Assembly (NCBI GenBank): GCA_028870105.1
Contig: JAGWQI010000002.1
Coordinates: 1-32,217, forward strand
DNA length: 32,217 bases
Direction of reading: 5' to 3'
Origin: Patescibacteria group bacterium
GTDB taxonomy: Bacteria > Patescibacteriota > Doudnabacteria > UBA920
Position numbers and translations under genes: made by a program. Below are positions 16,480 through 24,439 of this stretch, one piece after another. The notes beneath the pieces were generated by a model. The model ran no database searches. It saw only the letters and a program-made list of their open reading frames with translations, and had not been told where the DNA came from. How positions within the stretch are numbered: the stretch's first letter is position 1; every line of letters starts with the position of its first letter.

Positions 16480-17920
16480 TTTCAGCCTCCTTGCGGAATA
16501 ATTGCTTAAGCGTAAGTAAGTCATTTTTACTGAAGAAACCCATCAGCAGCAGCGCCGAACCATAAACCGCGGCTCCGGCCGCCAGGCTCAAACCCAAACT
16601 CGATGCCCTAAGCGGCCAAAGCAATATACCCATAACCGCACTGGCCAGCAGCGGCTTATAAAAATCCGCTCCCAAGGAAAACCTGGTAATGTTGCGGTGG
16701 ACAAAATAAAAATAAAAGGCGCCTTGCAAACTTTCCGAAACTACGGTCATGGCCGCGGCGGCCACGATGCCGTAGCGGGGAATCAGCAGCAAGTTGCCAA
16801 CAATATTCACCACCACATTAGCGCCGGTTATTGCCATGGCCTTTTTGGTAAGTTGCGAAATAACTATGGAATTAACCGGAATGTAAACAAACAAAATGGC
16901 CGGCGCCCAAATCAGCACCGCCAACACTGGCGCGGCCGCGCGGTAATCCGGGCCGGCCACCAAAGCAATAAGCTTCGACGATAAAATTGAACCGCCCACA
17001 GCCATGGGCAGCGCGGCGGTGAACATTAGCCGCAAATATTTTTCTAAATTTCGCCGCACCTCGGCCAGTGCCTGCTTGGCCATCAAGCCGGCGAAGAACG
17101 GAAATAAAGTGTAGGAAACAACCGATGGAAAAAAACCTAAGAGATCAAAAATTTTATAAGCGGCGGTATAATACCCGGTTTGCTGATAGCCCTTTAAAAA
17201 AGTAATGATAACCACGTCGATGCGGTTATAGATAGCGCTAAAGCCAACCAAAAGCGCAAACGGCCATCCCTGGCGTAAAATACTTTTTATCAGGCGCAAA
17301 TCAATCGGCCACAACCCTCTTAAAATTTCAGGCCGAGGCAGGTGTTTTCTGACCAAATGACGGTAAATTATTAAGTCCAAAACACCAAAAGTCAATTGAA
17401 TGCCGGCCAAAAAAACAATATGGCGGTGAAAAATCACGGCCAAAAAAATTATAGCCGCGTTAACGCAAGAATTTAAAAAATTCACCCATGCCACCTTTCG
17501 CAAATCCTGGTAGGCGGCTAAAACGGCTAAATAAGGATAGGTCAAGGCGTTAGCGACCATGCCCAGGCCGGCCAGGCCCACGCCATAGAATACGGCCGCG
17601 TCGTAATGCCGCAACATGGCAATGACCACAAGCACAACGTACAGCAACCCGGCCACCACCACCTCAAACGAAAAGAAATTTTGAAAGTATTCCTTGGCTT
17701 TTTCCGGCTGTTCGCTGATTTTCTTGGTAATAAACTGTTGGATGCCAAAGTCCACAACTGTGGAAAAAATAAGCACGTACGACAAAACAAACTGGTATTG
17801 TCCGCTTTCAAACGGGCCTAAATAACGAAATAACCGCGTGTAGGCCACAAACAATAAAACTAACGCGGCCACGCGGCTAATGGTCAGCCAAAAAATGTTT
17901 TTTGAGACTTGCGCGCTCAT
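16472..17920 (-). CDS. Wzx-type (MOP superfamily) polysaccharide flippase
   Basis: About 14 predicted TM helices. N-terminus SKNIFWLTISRVAALVLLFV..R.LGP...G.Y is typical of polysaccharide biosynthesis proteins. Start taken as the ATG at 17920. Confidence 0.8.
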   Translation of the reverse strand: MSAQVSKNIFWLTISRVAALVLLFVAYTRLFRYLGPFESGQYQFVLSYVLIFSTVVDFGIQQFITKKISEQPEKAKEYFQNFFSFEVVVAGLLYVVLVVIAMLRHYDAAVFYGVGLAGLGMVANALTYPYLAVLAAYQDLRKVAWVNFLNSCVNAAIIFLAVIFHRHIVFLAGIQLTFGVLDLIIYRHLVRKHLPRPEILRGLWPIDLRLIKSILRQGWPFALLVGFSAIYNRIDVVIITFLKGYQQTGYYTAAYKIFDLLGFFPSVVSYTLFPFFAGLMAKQALAEVRRNLEKYLRLMFTAALPMAVGGSILSSKLIALVAGPDYRAAAPVLAVLIWAPAILFVYIPVNSIVISQLTKKAMAITGANVVVNIVGNLLLIPRYGIVAAAAMTVVSESLQGAFYFYFVHRNITRFSLGADFYKPLLASAVMGILLWPLRASSLGLSLAAGAAVYGSALLLMGFFSKNDLLTLKQLFRKEAEIA

Positions 17921-17927
17921 AAGGGGA

Positions 17928-17936
17928 ATTTTAGCA
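17928..17936 (-). promoter_or_regulatory. Extended -10 element (TGcTAAAAT) for the glycan cluster; predicts a leaderless or near-leaderless mRNA
   Basis: The minus strand reads TGCTAAAAT, then 7 nt, then the flippase ATG at 17920. No SD in between. Confidence 0.35.
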
Positions 17937-18110
17937 CACAATTAACGCTGCAAGAACCTTACTAAAGCCAAAAAAACTTTTATAAAGATCTGCTAATTTT
18001 TCCTCTGTCATCCGAAAAGCAAAAAATAGGCCAACGGTTGACGAAAATTGCCTAAAATAAAAGTAATTTTGTTTACCAATTTGAATTACCAACTCAGCGG
18101 TCAAAGCATA

Positions 18111-18119
18111 TGGTATAAT
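18111..18119 (+). promoter_or_regulatory. Extended -10 element (TGgTATAAT) for the plus-strand gene; predicts a leaderless mRNA
   Basis: TGGTATAAT at 18111-18119, then 6 nt (aagatt), then the ATG at 18126. No SD. Confidence 0.4.
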
Positions 18120-18125
18120 AAGATT

Positions 18126-19535
18126 ATGCATAACAAAACAAAAATTATTTTATTTTCGTCTATAATTTTTACTTTTCCCTTCTTGGCGCTCGCCGACAAT
18201 GCCAGCACTACCGCTTCCACCACGCCGCCGGCTACCGCCGTCGCCACGGCATCAAGCACCTCAATTGGCCTACAGATCCCGTCAGTACCGCCCCTTATCG
18301 CCCAAATCCAAAATGCCAAACAGTTGCTTGAGGCTGTTAACTTAAATTACGCCATTAGCCCAGTCTACAAAAAGGCCAAGGCTACCAAAAAAAACCCCAA
18401 ACCCAAAGCCTACATCAGCAGTTACGATCTTTGGGCTAAAGACATCGCCTTAGCCGTCTTAGACCCCGCAACCGGACAAATCGGCGTCACTTTGGGCATG
18501 CAAACGGTCAAGACAATGAAATTTGCCGACCCCAATTACGACATTAAGCTGACTTACTTTAACGGCGTTAATAGCCGCTTTGCTATAAACAAGCCGGCTG
18601 GTGGCACGATACTGGCGCTAAAGTACCTAATTACCGGCCCGGAATCCGGCAACCGGACGGCGATTGTAAACGCATTAAGTCCGGTTATATACGTCCCCTA
18701 CTCAGACCAGCTTAACAACCCGCTGGTGGTCAAATACGGCGAGGATTACTTAAACGGGGTTATTGAGCAAGCTGCTGCCGAATTAAAATTTTTGCCATCG
18801 CAGGCCATACCGGGCGAGACGCTAACCCAGGCAATTCCGCCTGCCATGATTAAAGCGCTAATTTACGCCGAGCACAGCGACCTGTCAGGCAACGCACAAG
18901 ACGGCGTTAACCGCCTCAGTATTTTGTTCGCGACTAACGGGCCCGATACCTACAAGTACAGCGTTTCCAACGACGGTTTTGCCTCGCGCGGCATCGCACA
19001 ATTTGTGGGGTCTACTTACACCTCCTTGGTGCAGCGGCATCCGGAAGCAGGTTTAATGGGCGACTTTAAATTTGGCATGGAAGACCATGTGAACTCCGTT
19101 AAAGCCATGTTTTTACTGCTCGACGATTACGCGGGATCAGTGCGCCAGCAAGCCACCAGTTCCTTTTTAACGGCGCGGGTTTTTGATTACGGCGCGGCTG
19201 CCTATAACGCCGGCACCACGCGCGTAGCTAGAGCCGTGGCCACGTTCGGCGACAACTGGAGCCAAGATAATTCCGCCCAGATTAACGGCCTGCAAAGCCA
19301 AGTTAATTCTTTAAACGCGCAGGTCAAATCACTAAAGACGCAAATCAAAAAAGCAAAAGACAAAAAGAGCAAAGCCGCGCTGCAATCTCAGCTTAACTCC
19401 GCTTCCGGCGAATTAAACCAAATTACCGGGCAGTTACAGGCTTTGCAAGCGGCGTCGCTGCGCAACACTACCGTCAACTATTTACAAAAAATTTACCGGG
19501 TTATCCCGTTGTTTAACGACAGCTTAAGCGCCTAG
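18126..19535 (+). CDS. Secreted lytic-transglycosylase-like (SLT/GH23-like) protein with C-terminal coiled coil
   Basis: Signal peptide MHNKTKIILFSSIIFTFPFLALA. SLT-like motifs LIYAEHSD, SRGIAQFVGSTY, AAAYNAG. C-terminal heptad-like LQSQVNSLNAQVKSLKTQIKKAKDKKSKAALQSQLNSASGELNQITGQLQALQ. Start moved to the ATG at 18126. Confidence 0.6.
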   Translation: MHNKTKIILFSSIIFTFPFLALADNASTTASTTPPATAVATASSTSIGLQIPSVPPLIAQIQNAKQLLEAVNLNYAISPVYKKAKATKKNPKPKAYISSYDLWAKDIALAVLDPATGQIGVTLGMQTVKTMKFADPNYDIKLTYFNGVNSRFAINKPAGGTILALKYLITGPESGNRTAIVNALSPVIYVPYSDQLNNPLVVKYGEDYLNGVIEQAAAELKFLPSQAIPGETLTQAIPPAMIKALIYAEHSDLSGNAQDGVNRLSILFATNGPDTYKYSVSNDGFASRGIAQFVGSTYTSLVQRHPEAGLMGDFKFGMEDHVNSVKAMFLLLDDYAGSVRQQATSSFLTARVFDYGAAAYNAGTTRVARAVATFGDNWSQDNSAQINGLQSQVNSLNAQVKSLKTQIKKAKDKKSKAALQSQLNSASGELNQITGQLQALQAASLRNTTVNYLQKIYRVIPLFNDSLSA

Positions 19536-19618
19536 TTTAAACCAGCTGCTGCGAAAGTCGCAAAAGTTGGCAGCAGGCAACGCTAATTTGTAACGAAACG
19601 TTATTTAACCAGCAATTT

Positions 19619-19646
19619 AAAAGGCTCAACCGGAGTTGAGCCTTTT
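19619..19646. terminator. Bidirectional rho-independent terminator between convergent genes
   Basis: aaaaggctcaac cgga gttgagcctttt: perfect stem, 4-nt loop, an A-run on one side and a T-run on the other. Confidence 0.75.
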
Positions 19647-19700
19647 AAATTTAGACAAGCTAATAGCTTTGCTCGGCCTGACTGGCGGAAATTCGCAAAA

Positions 19701-21557
19701 CTACTTGGCCAAAATATCCCCCTTGGCGTAAGCGTCAACCTCGGCCTGTGGCAGCACGCTGATCCGCTTCGGCGTAATACGGCGGTTTAAGTAAGCTTGA
19801 TACGTCATTGGTCGCAATTGCCCGCCAGAGACTAAGTAAACAGTATTATCGGCATCGCCCTTGACTATTGTTCCGTCACGCGGCGGCACTGGGATGCCAG
19901 GCAGCCAGCCACCAACCACATCGGCGCTAAAAACGTAATCCGGGGTTATGCCGCGTTGCTTGGCCACAAAAGTCGAAATCGTGTGCGCCGCGCCCTCTTT
20001 GTACTCCATCAGCTGGCCTGTTTTGCTGCCCATGGCGAAAAATGTGTAGTCTTTTGGTGCCGCGTATGGGCCAATGGATAACGCGTTGACTTCGTCGACG
20101 GATATGGTATTCACGTTTCTGGCGCTGTAGCCGCGATTCTTATAAACGTCCGCGAGCACCGGTTGCTTTAAGCCATTCTGCACCAAATAAACCGTGGGAT
20201 TGCTGCCTGTCTTAATTAAAGTCCCGTCGAGCGGCGGCACAAAGCCGGATTTTGGATAAGTTGACATTTCCGTATCGGAGACTAACGTGACCTGCTTAGC
20301 CTTAATCTTATGCTGGGCAAACGTGAAGCTGCTAAACAATTGCAGCTGGCCGTTCTGCACCAAATACACGGCTGGGTTCTGTTGGCCGCGGATTATAGTG
20401 CCGTCATTCGGTGGCAGCACCGAGCCGCTCTGGAACAAAGCAGAATCCGCCGTTGAGATTACCAAGACCTTACTTAGGTCTAGGCCGCGCTGCTTAATCA
20501 CAAAATCCGAGGCAGGATGTTTAACATCAGCCAAGAACACGTACTTTTGGCTATCACCTATCGGCGCAACAATCGTATTATCAGCCGGCCCTAAAATCTG
20601 GTCAGTCTGGTAGCTGTCAAACTCTGTGGGCGAAACTATAGTCGTCAAGGCAAAATTCAGCCCGCGGGCCTGGGCTACGAATTGCGGCACTAGCTGCTTT
20701 AACCCATTTTGGATTATATAGGTATCGTTGGCGCCCGTCAGTTTAATAAGCGTGCCGTTGGGATATTTAAACCACGCATTAAAAAATTTCCAAAAATTAT
20801 AATTGCCATTAAACACGTGCGGCGTGTAACGGTATAGCGCGGCTGTGGCGGCGTTGAGCAATTGCACCGACTGTTGCGGTAAAATGCCGTCATAGCCGCC
20901 CATGGTGTTATCTAAAGTAATCATGTCCCCAATATGCGAGGTGGCGCCGTCAATATCCGGGCCGCGCCCGCGACTGGTCGCAAATGATTTCATGAGAGAC
21001 TTGGCCGAGCCTAAGTAGCGGTTTCCGGAAGAATCATAATTGCCGAATAATTGATAGTAAAATCCCGGAAATAAATCGCCGCAACCGCTGGAATCGGGAC
21101 AGGCAAAACCCATGGCGTGATCAAGCGCTCGCTGCAAGTCGCCACCACTCAAACTCTGGCTGGAAGTAATCAGCCCTTGCTCCTTGTTGAGCGTCACGAC
21201 TATGACCTGGGGGTTCAACCCGCTTTGCACGGAAGCGTCCCAAATTAATTCCGCGGCCGTGCGCAAGCGCGGCAAATTTGGCTCCGGGTCACTCAAGCCC
21301 TGTTTGAGTAAAATGGCGCTCGGCTCCTTGAGCTTAACTAAAAAATCCGGGCTGGTGCTAGCCAAGATTGACTGTTTCGCTTCCAAAAATTTTTGGACAC
21401 CGGCCGGACCGCCGAAAGTTTGGGTGTCGGAAAACACTTTGTCGTCTATCAGCTTGCTGGGGTTAAAAGTTGGGTCAATTGTTTGCGCCAAAGCCACAAC
21501 CGGAAAAGACAGCAGCAAAACCAGCGACACAAATTTTAAAATTTTTTGTTTAAGCAT
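19701..21557 (-). CDS. Secreted protein: conserved N-terminal head of unknown function plus six copies of a ~58-60-aa repeat
   Basis: Signal peptide MLKQKILKFVSLVLLLSFPVVALA. Head contains GLNPQVIVVTLNKEQGLITS...LDHAMGFACPD. C-terminal repeats include PLDGTLIKTGSNPTVYLVQNGLKQPV. SD AGGGGAA upstream. Confidence 0.85.
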   Translation of the reverse strand: MLKQKILKFVSLVLLLSFPVVALAQTIDPTFNPSKLIDDKVFSDTQTFGGPAGVQKFLEAKQSILASTSPDFLVKLKEPSAILLKQGLSDPEPNLPRLRTAAELIWDASVQSGLNPQVIVVTLNKEQGLITSSQSLSGGDLQRALDHAMGFACPDSSGCGDLFPGFYYQLFGNYDSSGNRYLGSAKSLMKSFATSRGRGPDIDGATSHIGDMITLDNTMGGYDGILPQQSVQLLNAATAALYRYTPHVFNGNYNFWKFFNAWFKYPNGTLIKLTGANDTYIIQNGLKQLVPQFVAQARGLNFALTTIVSPTEFDSYQTDQILGPADNTIVAPIGDSQKYVFLADVKHPASDFVIKQRGLDLSKVLVISTADSALFQSGSVLPPNDGTIIRGQQNPAVYLVQNGQLQLFSSFTFAQHKIKAKQVTLVSDTEMSTYPKSGFVPPLDGTLIKTGSNPTVYLVQNGLKQPVLADVYKNRGYSARNVNTISVDEVNALSIGPYAAPKDYTFFAMGSKTGQLMEYKEGAAHTISTFVAKQRGITPDYVFSADVVGGWLPGIPVPPRDGTIVKGDADNTVYLVSGGQLRPMTYQAYLNRRITPKRISVLPQAEVDAYAKGDILAK

Positions 21558-21609
21558 TGTTGATTTTCCCCTTATTTAAAATCTTTTGAAAATTTCGACG
21601 AGGCGGCTC

Positions 21610-23526
21610 TTACCTAATATAAGCCTCCCCCTGCGGGTACGAAGTGAGTTCTTGTCTTGGAGCCAGCATGATCGGAAAAACATTTAAACCCCGCTGGGTG
21701 TAAAAATTCCAATTTATAGGATGCAGGCTGCCGCCAACCACCCAATAGACTGTAGCACTGGACGCGGTTTTTACTAAAGTACCCTCGCTGGGCGGCAATA
21801 AACTGCTGGCGAGCCAAGAGTTCAGTTCCGCGTCACTTAGAGTCGCGACCTGATTAAAATTATAATGGCGCTGATTAAACACTGTGTATGACACGGGCAT
21901 TTTCTGTCCAAGCGAAATGTAATAAACCGTCGGGCTTAAAGCGGATTTAACCAGTGTGCCGTCCAGCGGGGCCACATACGGACCGTCGGGCATGCTATAG
22001 AGCGCGGTGCCCGACACAACCTTGACTCCTTGCAGGCGGAACCGTTGCTGCTGCACAAACTGGCTCACCTGGCGCTTCTGCCCGCTAATAATTAAAAATA
22101 CCGGCAACCCGGGACCAGCCGTAACTAACGCGCCTTCGGCCAAAGTGGAAGTGCTGGACGAAATTTTTTGGTTGACCGCTTGCCAGGCGTTAATGCGCCC
22201 CGCCCCAATCAGGCTCCAGCAGGAAGCGCCGCCGCATTGCACAAGATTTAAATTATCAACCGAGTCGCTGGTGCTAAGCACTTGGTCACGCAGTTGCACA
22301 TTAGTCGCCGCCGGGTTAAGACTCTTAACAAGCATAGCCTCGCCAACCACCAGCGGCACGGCGATCGAGGTGCCGGAAACGTAAGCGTAAGCATTCGGCG
22401 AATAAGTCTTTGTAAGCGGGTCGTAATTTATGGTGGACAAAATACGCTTGCCCGGAGCGGTCACGTCGATACAATTCTTACCATAGTTGGAAAAGTCGGC
22501 TTTCAAATCATTTTGGTCCACGGCGGCAACCCCGATAATTTCATTGGCCCCATTGTCGTCGCAGACCGGGTAGACCGGCTGTTGGTCCAAATTTTCGCCG
22601 TTTGCAGCCGTATCGTTACCCGCCGCGGCTATAATTAAGACATTTTTCTTAAAGGCATAATCAACGGCGTTGGCCAAAACGGTATCACGACTAAAGCCAA
22701 TACCGCCTAAGCTTAAATTGATAAAATTAGCGCCGTGGTCCGTAGCCCAGACAATCGCTTGAGCTACGCTGGATGAATCTCCCCGGCCGGTACTATCTAA
22801 GGCTTTCAGGGGCATCAGCGACATGGACCAATTCGTACCCACAATACCCCTGCCGTTGTTGGCCGAAGCGCCTAAAATTCCAGCCACTAAAGTGCCGTGC
22901 CCGTTGTCATCTGAATTAACATGACCGACGATCGGCTGCTGCGCAATAAAGTTAAATCCATTAGCCAAATTAATTTTTTGCAAATCCTCATGCGTCATGT
23001 CGACCCCAGTATCAACAACCGCGACCACATTGCTAAAATTTCCCGTGGTCTTAGTCCAAGCGGAATCAAATCCAACCTTGGGGATATACCATTGCTTATC
23101 GATATTCGCCGCATTGGAAGTAAAACCAGGGTCGTTAACGCTAATAGGCTGGATGCCTAAGCCTGTTGCGGCTTCGGGGGTGGTGACCACGGTGTCTGCC
23201 AGCTGAAAACTTGAGTCAGTTTGCACGAACTTTGCCTGCGCACCCAGCTGGTCGCGAAGCTCCGCCAAACCCAAACTGGAACTAAAGGAAAAAATATTAG
23301 AAAAACGCGGATCGTTGGCAAACAAAAATTCGCGGCTGACATTACTGCCGAGTTTGAGCAAAATCGCGCTGTCGCCGCTGGTCAGTTGCGCTAAGTATTT
23401 TGCCGGCTGGGTCTGTGCCAAAACCCCGGCTTGCGGCGCAAGCGCAAAAAACAAGGTTAAGAGCAAAAAACTGCCGGTAGCCTTAAACAATTTTTTTAAA
23501 ATTTTAAAACGGCCATCAAGTCTCAT
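21610..23526 (-). CDS. Secreted subtilisin-like (S8) serine protease with three C-terminal copies of the shared repeat
   Basis: Signal peptide. Catalytic triad contexts VAVVDTGVD, HGTLVAGILGA, SGTSIAVPLVVG. Oxyanion NLSLGG. C-terminal repeats PLDGTLVKSALSPTVYYISLGQKMPV and PSEGTLVKTASSATVYWVVGGSLHPI. Confidence 0.9.
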   Translation of the reverse strand: MRLDGRFKILKKLFKATGSFLLLTLFFALAPQAGVLAQTQPAKYLAQLTSGDSAILLKLGSNVSREFLFANDPRFSNIFSFSSSLGLAELRDQLGAQAKFVQTDSSFQLADTVVTTPEAATGLGIQPISVNDPGFTSNAANIDKQWYIPKVGFDSAWTKTTGNFSNVVAVVDTGVDMTHEDLQKINLANGFNFIAQQPIVGHVNSDDNGHGTLVAGILGASANNGRGIVGTNWSMSLMPLKALDSTGRGDSSSVAQAIVWATDHGANFINLSLGGIGFSRDTVLANAVDYAFKKNVLIIAAAGNDTAANGENLDQQPVYPVCDDNGANEIIGVAAVDQNDLKADFSNYGKNCIDVTAPGKRILSTINYDPLTKTYSPNAYAYVSGTSIAVPLVVGEAMLVKSLNPAATNVQLRDQVLSTSDSVDNLNLVQCGGASCWSLIGAGRINAWQAVNQKISSSTSTLAEGALVTAGPGLPVFLIISGQKRQVSQFVQQQRFRLQGVKVVSGTALYSMPDGPYVAPLDGTLVKSALSPTVYYISLGQKMPVSYTVFNQRHYNFNQVATLSDAELNSWLASSLLPPSEGTLVKTASSATVYWVVGGSLHPINWNFYTQRGLNVFPIMLAPRQELTSYPQGEAYIR

Positions 23527-23544
23527 AAAACCTTTACCTTAAAA

Positions 23545-24264
23545 TTATCGATACTGGCCGGTCCACAAATACCAGCGCACGCGCAACAAATCTTTAAACA
23601 CTTCCAGGTAGCTCTTCAAGCTAACGGTTGATTCGCCGGCGTTGTTCCAAACCACCGGAACCTCTTTAATCTTGAAGCCTTTTTTCTTAGCCATGGCCAG
23701 GACTTCTATATCAAAACCAAACCGGTCGATTTTTGCTTTGGAAAAAACCGCTTGCGCCGCTTTAGCGGAAAATAACTTAAAGCCCCGCTGGGTGTCGTGA
23801 ACGCCCCACAACCCCGCCACTAAACGGATTAAGTACTTTGACCAATGACCCAATGCGCGGCGGTACCATTGCGCGTGCTCGTTAATTTTCGCGCCCGCGA
23901 CCTCGATTGAGCCGATGACCACGTTGTACCCCTCCTGGGCATACGGCAAAAACTTGGCGACCTGCTCGATACTGGTGGAATTATCCGCATCCGTAAACAA
24001 CCGAAGGTCACCGGTCGCCGCCAACATGCCCTGGCGCACCACCCAACCTTTGCCGTGATTTTCGGTGTTATCAAAAATCTTCAGATCCGGGATCTTTCCC
24101 GCAAAACCCGCGACAACTTGGTTAGTCTTATCCGGCGAACCATCAATGCAAACCAAAATTTCTGATTGATATGACTGTTTGGATAAAAAATCGCTTATTG
24201 CCTGCAAAGTTGGCCCAATACGATGTTCTTCCTTATACGCGGGTACGATTACGGAAAGTTTCAT
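23545..24264 (-). CDS. GT2 polyprenyl-phosphate glycosyltransferase-like (Dpm1 / GtrB-like, soluble 239 aa)
   Basis: MKLSVIVPAYKEEHRI, DGSPDKT, FTDADNS (DXD), QRGFKLF. First gene after the 24296-24323 promoter. Confidence 0.85.
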   Translation of the reverse strand: MKLSVIVPAYKEEHRIGPTLQAISDFLSKQSYQSEILVCIDGSPDKTNQVVAGFAGKIPDLKIFDNTENHGKGWVVRQGMLAATGDLRLFTDADNSTSIEQVAKFLPYAQEGYNVVIGSIEVAGAKINEHAQWYRRALGHWSKYLIRLVAGLWGVHDTQRGFKLFSAKAAQAVFSKAKIDRFGFDIEVLAMAKKKGFKIKEVPVVWNNAGESTVSLKSYLEVFKDLLRVRWYLWTGQYR

Positions 24265-24295
24265 TTTTGTGGTTATTAATTGGTTTTATTTTCAA

Positions 24296-24323
24296 ATTAT
24301 AACACAAAACTTTCACTTTCCAA
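24296..24323 (-). promoter_or_regulatory. Sigma70-type promoter for the GT2 - S8 protease - 618-aa protein transcription unit
   Basis: The minus strand reads TTGGAA (24323-24318), a 16-nt spacer ending in TGt, then TATAAT (24301-24296), about 30 nt upstream of the ATG at 24264. Confidence 0.5.
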
Positions 24324-24375
24324 AATATTTTGGATAGCACCCAATATTAAAGACGCTTAAAAAATGAATTTGTTG

Positions 24376-24430
24376 CAAATAAAAAGAAGCGCCGGCAACC
24401 CAACCCAGTAGTCGGTGTTGCGAGCGCTCC
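24376..24430 (-). terminator. Rho-independent terminator of purB
   Basis: On the minus strand ggagcgctcgcaac pairs with gttgccggcgcttc: 13 of 14 positions pair, two of them G-U. The loop is 17 nt, followed by TTTTTATTTG. It starts 10 nt after the purB stop. Confidence 0.65.
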
Positions 24431-24439
24431 TCAATGCCG

